The notes under the pieces were generated by a model. It saw only the letters and a list, made by a program, of their open reading frames with translations. It made no database searches and was not told where the DNA came from. A stretch of 56,002 bases of DNA from Dehalococcoidia bacterium (lineage in GTDB: Bacteria > Chloroflexota > Dehalococcoidia > Bin125), in assembly GCA_022824765.1 (NCBI GenBank), contig JAJDZG010000161.1, positions 1 through 56,002 on the forward strand, written 5' to 3'. The position numbers and the translations under genes were made by a program. Numbering within the stretch: the first letter of the stretch is position 1; each line of letters opens with the position of its first letter. Of this stretch, positions 8,592 through 16,352 are shown in pieces.

Positions 8592-8722
8592 GAATCCTCC
8601 CGGTCATTCGTCCTGACTTGCCGTCCTGACTTGACGTGCGGCGCCATCATAGCACAGACGTACCAAGTTGTGTTAGGCTGTCGGGACGACGGCAGATTTG
8701 CCGGTGTTGGATGGAGCGGACA

Positions 8723-9118
8723 ATGATTGATGTGCTCTCGCTCGACCATATCGTGCTGCGGGTGGCGGATGTCGAGCGGTCGCTGGACTGGTACACGCGC
8801 ATGCTCGGTCTCGATCCCGTGCGGGTGGACGAGTGGCGTGCGGGTGAGTGTCCGTTCCCCTCGGTGCGGATCTCGGCGGCCACGATCATCGATCTGATTG
8901 ACGGAGATGTTCAGGGCGATTCGCGGAATTTGGACCACTTCTGCGTTGTCGTGACGGCGGAGAGCCTGGCGTATGTGCGTGTGTCAAGCGAGTTCGAGAT
9001 CGTGCGCGATCCGGACTTCGAACTGTTCGGGGCGCGCGGCATGGCGGACGGCCTCTACGTGGTGGACCCTGACGGCAACGAGATTGAACTGCGCGCCTAT
9101 CCGTCTGGAGTAGCCTGA
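8723..9118 (+). CDS. VOC (glyoxalase/bleomycin resistance/dioxygenase) family protein
   Basis: The ATG at 8723 is preceded by GGAGCGG. LDHIVLRVADVERSLDWYTRMLG and the C-terminal VVDPDGNEIEL are classic VOC motifs. Confidence 0.8.
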   Translation: MIDVLSLDHIVLRVADVERSLDWYTRMLGLDPVRVDEWRAGECPFPSVRISAATIIDLIDGDVQGDSRNLDHFCVVVTAESLAYVRVSSEFEIVRDPDFELFGARGMADGLYVVDPDGNEIELRAYPSGVA

Positions 9119-9140
9119 AGCCAACCGACGAACTTGATGA

Positions 9141-9614
9141 ATGGAGGACGTGATGTCAGCACATGGCGCCGACGCGAAGGCGCTCGAGATGGGATTGGAT
9201 CTCACTGCCGGCACGCCGGTGGCCAACTACGTGCCGGCCGTGCGCACTGGCAATCTGGTCTTCCTGTCCGGGCACGGACCGTTTGAGGACGGCAAGTTGA
9301 TTCGCGGCAAGCTCGGCGCCGACCTGGACGTCGATGCGGGTTATCAGGCCGCGCGGGCGGTGATGGTGCAGTTGCTGGCCTCGCTGCGCGCCGAAATCGG
9401 CTCGCTCGACCGCGTCTCGCGCGTGGTCAAGCTGCTCTGCATGGTCAACTGCACTCCAGATTTCGACCAGCATCCCGGCGTCGCGAACGGCGCGTCGGAC
9501 CTGCTAGTGGAGCTGTTCGGGGAGACCGGTCGACACGCGCGTTCGGCGGTGGGCATGCAGTCCCTGCCTTTGGGCATGTCGGTCGAGATTGAGATGATCG
9601 TCGAGATTGAGTAA
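9141..9614 (+). CDS. RidA/YjgF family protein
   Basis: GNLVFLSGHGP ... ARSAVGMQSLPLGMSVEIEMIVEI is typical of the family. ATG 9153 is an alternative start. Confidence 0.85.
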   Translation: MEDVMSAHGADAKALEMGLDLTAGTPVANYVPAVRTGNLVFLSGHGPFEDGKLIRGKLGADLDVDAGYQAARAVMVQLLASLRAEIGSLDRVSRVVKLLCMVNCTPDFDQHPGVANGASDLLVELFGETGRHARSAVGMQSLPLGMSVEIEMIVEIE

Positions 9615-9635
9615 CCACCAGAAGGAGGCAGCGCA

Positions 9636-10634
9636 ATGAGACTGGGACTGCTGGCCGGATTCAGCGCCGATTGGCGTGGCACGCTGGAGAAGATCAAGAT
9701 TGCTGAGGAGCTCGGCTACGAGATGGTGTCTACGGGCGAGGCCTGGGGCCATTCCGTGCTGCCCTGGCTGACCGTGATCGCGGCGAACACGGAGAAGATG
9801 CAGATCGGGACGGGCATCCTGAACACCTTCTCTCGGACGCCGGCTGCCATAGCGCAGGAGTTTGCCACGCTCGAGACGATTTCGGGCGGGCGCATGGTCT
9901 GTGGGCTTGGGTCATCGGGCAATCTGGTCATCGAGGGCTTCCACGGCGTGGAGTTCGACCGTCCGCTGCGCCGCATTCGTGAGTACACCGAGATCATCAA
10001 GATGCTGTTGCGCGGTGAGCGTCTGCATTACGAGGGCGAGATCTACGATCTCCAGCGCGGGTTCCGTCTGCTCGGCCATGAGCCGGTTCGCGAGAACCTG
10101 CCGGTCTGGATCGCCGCTATCACACCGCGCTCGATTCAGCAAACGGGCGAGATCGCGGACGGCATCTATCCGATTCACTGGCCGAGACGCGGGTTCGAGC
10201 CGCTCAAGCGTCAGTTGGCGGGCGCTTCGCGCGACGCCGGTCGGCCTGAGGATTCGGTCACGGTGGCGCCGTTCACCAATGTCTACGTGACGGGTGAGGG
10301 CGACGACGAGAGCGTCTGGCGCAACGCGCGGCAACCGCTGTTCCACTACACGAACCGAATGGGATCGTTCTACTGGCAGATGCTGTCGCGCTCTGGGTTT
10401 GAGTCTGAGATCACGGAGTCGCGCGCAGCGTGGGCGGACCGCGACTCGGAGGGCGCGCTGATGGCCTTCTCGGAGAGCATGGTGCGCGAGATCCAGGTGA
10501 TCGGTCCGATTGAGTCGGTGCCGGAGCAGCTGCAGGCTCGCTCGGACGCTGGCGCAGACTTGCAGATGATCCCGCTGCCGCAGGGCACGCCGAGCGAGGT
10601 CGGTCGGCGGCTGGAACAGTATCTGGGCGGGTAG
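9636..10634 (+). CDS. LLM-class (luciferase-like) flavin/F420-dependent oxidoreductase
   Basis: 332 aa with an AGGAGG RBS. MRLGLLAGF ... AEELGYEMVSTGEAWG ... GRMVCGLGSSG is a typical LLM TIM-barrel sequence. Confidence 0.9.
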   Translation: MRLGLLAGFSADWRGTLEKIKIAEELGYEMVSTGEAWGHSVLPWLTVIAANTEKMQIGTGILNTFSRTPAAIAQEFATLETISGGRMVCGLGSSGNLVIEGFHGVEFDRPLRRIREYTEIIKMLLRGERLHYEGEIYDLQRGFRLLGHEPVRENLPVWIAAITPRSIQQTGEIADGIYPIHWPRRGFEPLKRQLAGASRDAGRPEDSVTVAPFTNVYVTGEGDDESVWRNARQPLFHYTNRMGSFYWQMLSRSGFESEITESRAAWADRDSEGALMAFSESMVREIQVIGPIESVPEQLQARSDAGADLQMIPLPQGTPSEVGRRLEQYLGG

Positions 10635-10637
10635 CGC

Positions 10638-10889
10638 ATGAGCGAACAGCAGATTTCCATCGAGGTCGTCTACTGCGCCGATTGCGGCTATTGGCCGCGC
10701 ACGTCGTGGATGATTGGCGAGCTGATGACGGACATCCAGCACTTGGTGTCGGAGGTTACGCTCGTGCCCGATACCAAGGGTTTGTTCGAGTGGAAAGTGA
10801 ACGGAGAGCTGGTGTTCAGCAAAGCGGCGATGGGTCGCTTCCCGGAGATGGACGAGTTGCGGGAGCTTGTGTATGGGTTCCTCGAGTAA
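10638..10889 (+). CDS. Rdx (SelW/SelT/SelH-like) thioredoxin-fold protein, CxxC form
   Basis: 83 aa with [20 protein letters not shown] near the N-terminus. It starts 3 nt after the LLM gene. Confidence 0.8.
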   Translation: MSEQQISIEVVYCADCGYWPRTSWMIGELMTDIQHLVSEVTLVPDTKGLFEWKVNGELVFSKAAMGRFPEMDELRELVYGFLE

Positions 10890-11828
10890 TCGGCTCTACT
10901 TCGGCGACAACCTGAGCGTGCTGTCGGAACAACAACTCAAACGGTACAAATATGAGGCTGACAATAGTACATACAAGGCCGAGAATCTGACGGCGCCCCG
11001 TTACTCCCCTACCAGAACCGTCGAATGGCGCCGAGTATATCCGGGAGCCCACAGACAATGGCGATTTTCCATCGACGAACTAGAGCGTCTGTACGCCGAG
11101 GGGTGCATTCTTCTCAGGCGCGATGGTCTGCCTCGAAAGGACGGCCTGCAAGAGTACCTGTTCGAAGCGGACGCTCCGGCATTGCAAGACATCTGGACCG
11201 ACGTCGGCTTTGGTCGGACCTCCGACGAGCGTCTGGGATTTCAAACCCAGAAGCCTGAGGCGCTGCTCGAACGCGTTATCAATGCCAGCAGCAATGAGGG
11301 CGATGTCGGGCTCGATCCCTTCTGCGGCTGTGGCACAGCGGTTGCCGTCGCCGAGCGTCTGAACAGAAGTTGGATCGGCATCGATATCACCCACCTCGCA
11401 GTGTCGCTGATGCGCGGCCGGCGACTGGCAAGAAGGCGGCGGATTCAGGGATCGACGGCAACATCAACTTCTTTGACGACAGCTCGGGCAAGGCGAAGCG
11501 GATCATCGTGCAGGTCAAGAGCGGGCACGTCAACCGCGGCATGATCGCGACGCTCAAGGGTGGCATGGATCGCGAGGACGCTGCCGTCGGCATCTTTATC
11601 ACGCTGCAGGAACCGACCGAACCGATGCGGCAGGAGGCGACAGGGGCGGGCTTCTACGAACCGGAGAGTCTGCCCGGTAACCGCTATCCGAAGGTCCAGA
11701 TCCTGACGATCGAGCAGTTGCTGGACGGGGAGCAGCCAGAGTATCCGCGTTTCGCAGCGCCGCAAACGTTCCGCAAGGCGCCCCGCCGTCGGCGCCGTGA
11801 GGGAGCCCAGCGTTCGCTTGACGATTGA
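10867..11828 (+). pseudogene. decayed N6/N4 DNA methyltransferase with C-terminal Mrr-like nuclease-fold domain (internal deletions plus frameshift)
   Basis: It keeps the N-terminal [12 protein letters not shown] and the motif I region ([44 protein letters not shown]). The DPPF/Y catalytic block that normally follows the N-terminus is absent. The C-terminal module ([13 protein letters not shown] ... [10 protein letters not shown] ... AAVGIFITLQEPT ... YPKVQILTIEQLL) sits in a different frame (ORF 11370..11828). Confidence 0.75.
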
Positions 11829-11931
11829 TTCCTCGCGCCTGAGAGTGGAACTCATTTCGCTCGATAGCATCGCTGCGCCCGTGAAGTGATTCGCTAGCCT
11901 GTGGGTGAGCGAAAATGACTGGGGGGACCCG

Positions 11932-12474
11932 ATGCCGGAGACGATTGAGATTCTGAGTCCGCTTGCGCATGTGGCGGTACATGAGGCGACGGCGGCGGCG
12001 CGGCCGATGTCGTTGGAGGGCCTGCGGCCGGGCATCCTTGAGAATCGCAAGGCCAACGCTCGACTGCTGATGGAGACGATGGTCGAACGGCTCGGAGAGC
12101 GGCATCAACTCGGTGAGCTCGTTGTCGGCAGTAAGCCGGTGGGCGGGCCGCCCTCGGACTCGACTATTGATGCGCTGCGCAACGGGGCCGATTTCTTGCT
12201 GATCGGCAGCTGCGATTGAGGGAGCTGCACGACGTGGAGTGTCCACGCCTCGGTCTTGTTTGAAGAGTTGGGAATTCCCACGGTCACGGTCGGTACGTCG
12301 GCCTTCACCGACCTGTTGCAGCTGGAAGCGGAGCAGCGCGGGCTGCCCGAGCTCGATCGTCTGATCGTGCCGCATCCGCTGGGTGGGCTGCGCCCGGAGC
12401 GGGTGCGCGAGCGCGTCGATGACGGCGTCGTCAGTCGGCTTGAGGCGGCGCTGCTTGGGCAGGCGAGCTCGTGA
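11932..12474 (+). CDS. candidate UGSC-motif selenoprotein (in-frame UGA at 12217-12219 read as Sec); otherwise a nonsense-disrupted gene
   Basis: Track ORFs 11905..12219 and 12256..12474 share one frame and are separated by a single TGA. Read-through gives ...DFLLIGSCD-U-GSCTTWSVHASVLFEELGIPTVTV... A hairpin starts 11 nt after the UGA. ATG 11932 is preceded by GGGGGG. Confidence 0.6.
12230..12252 (+). promoter_or_regulatory. putative bacterial SECIS hairpin
   Basis: CGA-CGUGGA / loop GUG / UCCACG-(cc bulge)-UCG. The 6-bp perfect upper stem is 12233-12238 with 12242-12247. The apical loop begins 19 nt after the UGA and starts with G. Confidence 0.5.
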
Positions 12475-13529
12475 CCGCGCCTCGTGGACGCGAGGCGGAG
12501 CGATTCTCGTTGCCGTCGGACCCGTTTGAGTTTTCGCAGGAGTGCCAGCGGCGCGGTTGGTCTGACGGTCTGCCGCTGATTCCGCCGACGGCTGATCGTG
12601 TGGAGGCGATGCTCGCTGCGGGAGATCGGGATGCGATGGATGTGCTGGGCGTGCTGTCGCCACGTCAGGGTGAGGCGACGGTGCAAGCGGTAGCGATCAA
12701 CGCGGTGATGGCGGGCTGCCGGCCGCAGCAGTTCCCGGTGGTGTTAGCCGCGGTGGAAGCGATCTCGCAGCCGCCGCTTAATCTCGATGGGATCAACGCC
12801 ACCACGCATCCTTGCGCGGTGTTCGTGCTGGCGTCGGGGCCGGCTGCTCGGACGGCGGGAGTTCACGGCGGATCTGGCTGTTTCGGCCCAACGTTTCCGT
12901 CGAACGCGACGATCGGTCGCGCGGTGCGTCTGGTGCAGCTCAACATTGCCGGCGCGACGCCGGGTCGGGGCGATCGGGCGACGCAGGGCACGCCGGCCAA
13001 GTTTGCGTTCTGCGCGACCGAGCGCGAGGACGCCTCGCCCTGGCCGCCGTTCCAGACCACGCGCGGTCTCAACGCGGAGGACAGCTGCGTGACGACGTGG
13101 GCGTGTGAGGGTCCGCACAACATCCAGGATCACGGCAGCAACACCGCTACCGGCATCCTGCAGACGGTTGCCGGCGCGATGGGGCAGGCCGGTTCCAACA
13201 ACATCCTCGGCAAGGGCGAGCCGCTGCTGGCGTTTGGTCCGGAGCACGCCGAGACGGTGGCGTCGGAGGGCTGGACTCGGGAGTCAGTGCAGGAGTATCT
13301 GTGGGAACACGCGCGCTATCCGGCGAGCAAGCTCAGCCCTGAATTCCTCGAGTCGGTCAACATCCGCATGGCGGGCGGCATCCTCGATCCGCACGACCCG
13401 GACGAGTGGCTGCCAATCTCCGACAAGCCCGACGAGATTCACATTATCGTCGCCGGCGGACCGGGCAAGCACAGTTGTTGGATGCCAACTTTTGGCGGCA
13501 TGACGCGTCCGGTGACGGTGCAGTTGTGA
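12471..13529 (+). CDS. conserved-looking Cys-rich hypothetical protein, family not recognised
   Basis: 352-aa ORF whose GTG start overlaps the upstream stop (GTGA). It looks soluble. Motifs: GWSDGLPLIPPT, NAVMAGCRP, GGSGCFGP, WACEGPHNIQDHG, GKHSCWMPTFGG. Confidence 0.75.
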   Translation: MTAPRGREAERFSLPSDPFEFSQECQRRGWSDGLPLIPPTADRVEAMLAAGDRDAMDVLGVLSPRQGEATVQAVAINAVMAGCRPQQFPVVLAAVEAISQPPLNLDGINATTHPCAVFVLASGPAARTAGVHGGSGCFGPTFPSNATIGRAVRLVQLNIAGATPGRGDRATQGTPAKFAFCATEREDASPWPPFQTTRGLNAEDSCVTTWACEGPHNIQDHGSNTATGILQTVAGAMGQAGSNNILGKGEPLLAFGPEHAETVASEGWTRESVQEYLWEHARYPASKLSPEFLESVNIRMAGGILDPHDPDEWLPISDKPDEIHIIVAGGPGKHSCWMPTFGGMTRPVTVQL

Positions 13530-15253
13530 CAGATCGGAGAATCCGTCCCGCATGTCTTGGCGATGCGAGCCTTGCGATACATCACGGAAGTCTCGGATGC
13601 TTGGCCTGGCGCATCGGCTTGACTGCCGCGCTGCTGGCAATGTTCGGCGTCCTGAGCGTTGTGATCGCCCAAGATGGCAACGTTGCCACTGCCGAGGTCA
13701 GAATCAACGCTCTCCGTCTCGATGACGGTCGCACCGAGTTCGGTCTGCAACAGCGGCAAACGGGCGGAGAGTGGAGCGATCGACTGCTGCCACGCGGTCG
13801 ATATTTCCCTGCTGACAGCAGTGTTGACCGTTGGTTGAACAGCAGTCCGTTGACGCTTGAAGGCCCCTTACAGGGGGTCGTGGTCAGGATATCTGCACGA
13901 CTCTTGGGCGATGGACGGATCGAGTTTGCGCTCCAGCGACTGAGCGCTCGCGGCCAATGGGGTGAACGGGAGCTGCCTCGTTCTCGATACTCTCCGGCGA
14001 ATCCCAGTGTCGGGCGCTGGATATCAAGTTCGGCGCTCGTGACTCGCGGCGACGGCAACAACGATGAGACCGCGATGCGCCCTGACCCCGAAAACGAAAC
14101 TCCAGCCGAGCCGACGTGCCGAATAGCAGATCATGCTGATCGCGTGGCCGCCGCGACTTTTCAGGTACAGACCGACGACTCGACGGGGACGGCCTTCTAC
14201 ATCGGGCAAAATGAGTGGATCACCAATCACCATGTGGTTGAAGCACAGCGTCAAGTGAACCTGGCTCGCGGAGATTTCACAATCATTGCTCAAGTGATCG
14301 GCAGCTTGCCCGACTACGATCTCGCGCTCCTGCGTGCGCCGGCGCCGCACTCAGTCACGCCGCTGGCGTTTGTCGCCGCCCAGCCAACCCTTGGCGCGAA
14401 CGTCTCGGTGATTGGATTTCCGTCTGGAGTTTCCGGTACTCCATCGCTGACCCGAGGAGCGATATCAAAGCATGCGCCATTCACGCAGTTCAGCGGATTC
14501 ACTGGCCCGGGCGTGATGGTGCAGATCGATGCCGCGCTCAATCCCGGCAACTCGGGCGGTCCGATGGTCAACGATTGCGGCGAGGTGGTGGGCGTTGCGA
14601 CGCAGAAGCTGTTCTCCACGGCTGACGGCCGCGATGTCGAGGGGATCGGGTACGGAGTCTCCGCAGAAACGATCGCGTCTCAGTTGACCGCATTGAGGAC
14701 GACTCCCCATGTCACGACACGCGGGCCAGGGTCTATCGCGACGGTGGGGCCGGGGAGTAGTGAGCGTGCTCGGTATGGGGTGGAGTCCAGCGGCGCGTTC
14801 GGATCGGTTGGGACATGGTTTCACATCGCTGGCGACGATGGATGGTCGTCCGCTCTTGCACTAGATGGCTATAGCAACGATTCACTCTACGACGAAGGCC
14901 GTTTGGTCGTGGCATGCTTCCATGACACCAACAGGATAGGCACATATGTTTCAGCCAGAGATTCGTGGACAGGAAATGAGGCGTTGCTGAGAACTTCGGA
15001 GGACAGTTACGGCGGCTTCTTTCAGGATGACGTTCTGTTGGAGGATGAGGCGTTCTATTGGCCAACATGGTTTGACTATGCCGGAGTTGCTGGTACCAAA
15101 GCCGTGGACTTCGTGCGATTTGCCATGAGCGGCGCAGCAGACGAGGTTCGATTCCTGCTGTCGCGGTGGGGCGAAGACATAGTCGTGTCCTTCGATCTGG
15201 CGGGGATGTTCGAGACGCCTGTCCAGCACCTTCTTGAACTCTGCCTGGACTGA
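13526..15253 (+). CDS. membrane-anchored or secreted trypsin-fold (S1, HtrA-like core) serine protease with N-terminal tandem repeats and an unknown C-terminal domain
   Basis: The catalytic triad appears in order: ITNHHVV, DYDLALLR, NPGNSGGP. A hydrophobic segment LAWRIGLTAALLAMFGVLSVVIA lies near the N-terminus. The start is uncertain: GTG 13526 (GTGA overlap), TTG 13601 or ATG 13640. Confidence 0.8.
   Translation: MTDRRIRPACLGDASLAIHHGSLGCLAWRIGLTAALLAMFGVLSVVIAQDGNVATAEVRINALRLDDGRTEFGLQQRQTGGEWSDRLLPRGRYFPADSSVDRWLNSSPLTLEGPLQGVVVRISARLLGDGRIEFALQRLSARGQWGERELPRSRYSPANPSVGRWISSSALVTRGDGNNDETAMRPDPENETPAEPTCRIADHADRVAAATFQVQTDDSTGTAFYIGQNEWITNHHVVEAQRQVNLARGDFTIIAQVIGSLPDYDLALLRAPAPHSVTPLAFVAAQPTLGANVSVIGFPSGVSGTPSLTRGAISKHAPFTQFSGFTGPGVMVQIDAALNPGNSGGPMVNDCGEVVGVATQKLFSTADGRDVEGIGYGVSAETIASQLTALRTTPHVTTRGPGSIATVGPGSSERARYGVESSGAFGSVGTWFHIAGDDGWSSALALDGYSNDSLYDEGRLVVACFHDTNRIGTYVSARDSWTGNEALLRTSEDSYGGFFQDDVLLEDEAFYWPTWFDYAGVAGTKAVDFVRFAMSGAADEVRFLLSRWGEDIVVSFDLAGMFETPVQHLLELCLD
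13694..14038 (+). repeat. two tandem copies of a ~53-aa protein repeat inside the protease gene
   Basis: EVRINALRLDDGRTEFGLQQRQTGGEWSDRLLPRGRYFPADSSVDRWLNSSPL versus VVRISARLLGDGRIEFALQRLSARGQWGERELPRSRYSPANPSVGRWISSSAL. Confidence 0.8.
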
Positions 15254-15331
15254 GCCAGACGGCTGGAGCGCGGCTTCGGTTGCCCGTTCGACCTAAGTCC
15301 CAGTGGCTTTGCGGAGTGCGACCCGAGGGAA

Positions 15332-15351
15332 GAACAGACTCCGGTCTGTTC
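15332..15351. terminator. hairpin between convergent genes
   Basis: GAACAGAC-tccg-GTCTGTTC, an 8-bp stem. There is no clear U-tract, and it touches the stop codon of the minus-strand gene. Confidence 0.35.
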
Positions 15352-16282
15352 AAACGCCAAACCCTGCCGAGCGCTTGCCTTCGTGGAACTCGGCGAGCTT
15401 GGTGAAGAGGTCGTGGAAGATTGGATCGCGGCGGACGTAGTGCGCCTCGACGAATGGTGCGTGCGCGGCGTCGTCTGGTTGCGGTGTCCATTGCATGTCG
15501 TTGGATAGTGTTGGCCGGATCAGGCTGCGGCGCGGAACCCATGACTCATCGACCAGGAAGCCGGTCGCAGACAGGTCCCAGATCTCCTTCGAACGGCCCG
15601 CAAACTGGTCGTCGTGGTCGCGGAAGATGCCGGCGAGGTACGCGCCGATCTCTCCGTGTGGTCGGACGTAGGCGTCGAGCTCGGCGGTAGTCGCGAGCAG
15701 GTGCGAGGCGGCGCCGTAGCAGGGGATGTGGACCAGCGGTGCGCCTGAGTCGAACACGATCCGCGCGGCAAGTGGGTCCTGGTAGAGGTTGAATTCGCGC
15801 GCGTCGGAGGCGTGCTGCGCCTGTCCGCCGAGCCAGACGATGCAGATGCGCCGGGCGATCTCGGGCGCCTCGATGAGCGCCGAGGCGACGTTGGTGAGCG
15901 CGCCGATTGCCACCACCCATAGCGGTCCCTGCCTTGCCTCTAGCGCTCGTTCGATCAGGTCGCTCGATGCGGCATTTGAGACCGCCTGAGCGTCGTCGGA
16001 GAGGAACCGATCCGCTCCGCGCAGCACTCTGCCTGCGTCGTCGACGCCGACGCGATCCAGCAGGCGATGGATTTCCGCCTCCGACTCGGCGACGCCGTCG
16101 GCGGGATCGAGTCCTGCCCTCGTGAAGAGCGTGGCGTAGATCGCCTCGAGGGCCAGACGGTCTTGCGAGAGCAGCGCGTGGACGACCGCGAACTGGTCGT
16201 CGATCTCGTTGGCCGTGTCGGTGTCGAGGACCATCGGAATGCGCTCAGGCGCGGGCGGGGGTGTCAGGATGTGGTGGTGCAT
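15350..16282 (-). CDS. nucleoside hydrolase (IUNH family)
   Basis: The ATG at 16282 gives MHHHILTPPPAPERIPMVLDTDTANEIDDQFAV, which contains the DxDxxxDD fingerprint. The longer track ORF overlaps the divergent gene. Confidence 0.9.
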   Translation of the reverse strand: MHHHILTPPPAPERIPMVLDTDTANEIDDQFAVVHALLSQDRLALEAIYATLFTRAGLDPADGVAESEAEIHRLLDRVGVDDAGRVLRGADRFLSDDAQAVSNAASSDLIERALEARQGPLWVVAIGALTNVASALIEAPEIARRICIVWLGGQAQHASDAREFNLYQDPLAARIVFDSGAPLVHIPCYGAASHLLATTAELDAYVRPHGEIGAYLAGIFRDHDDQFAGRSKEIWDLSATGFLVDESWVPRRSLIRPTLSNDMQWTPQPDDAAHAPFVEAHYVRRDPIFHDLFTKLAEFHEGKRSAGFGV

Positions 16283-16352
16283 GAGGGCAGGGTAGTCGCG
16301 CGGGGGACGGTTAGTCTGTGAGGGCGGGACGACTGCGACGAGAGGATTTGCG

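Noticed and set aside
13406-13525. Upstream extension of the protease ORF into the preceding gene
   Set aside because: It overlaps the 3' end of the 352-aa gene by 124 nt and encodes an Arg-rich stretch. GTG 13526, TTG 13601 or ATG 13640 are more plausible starts.
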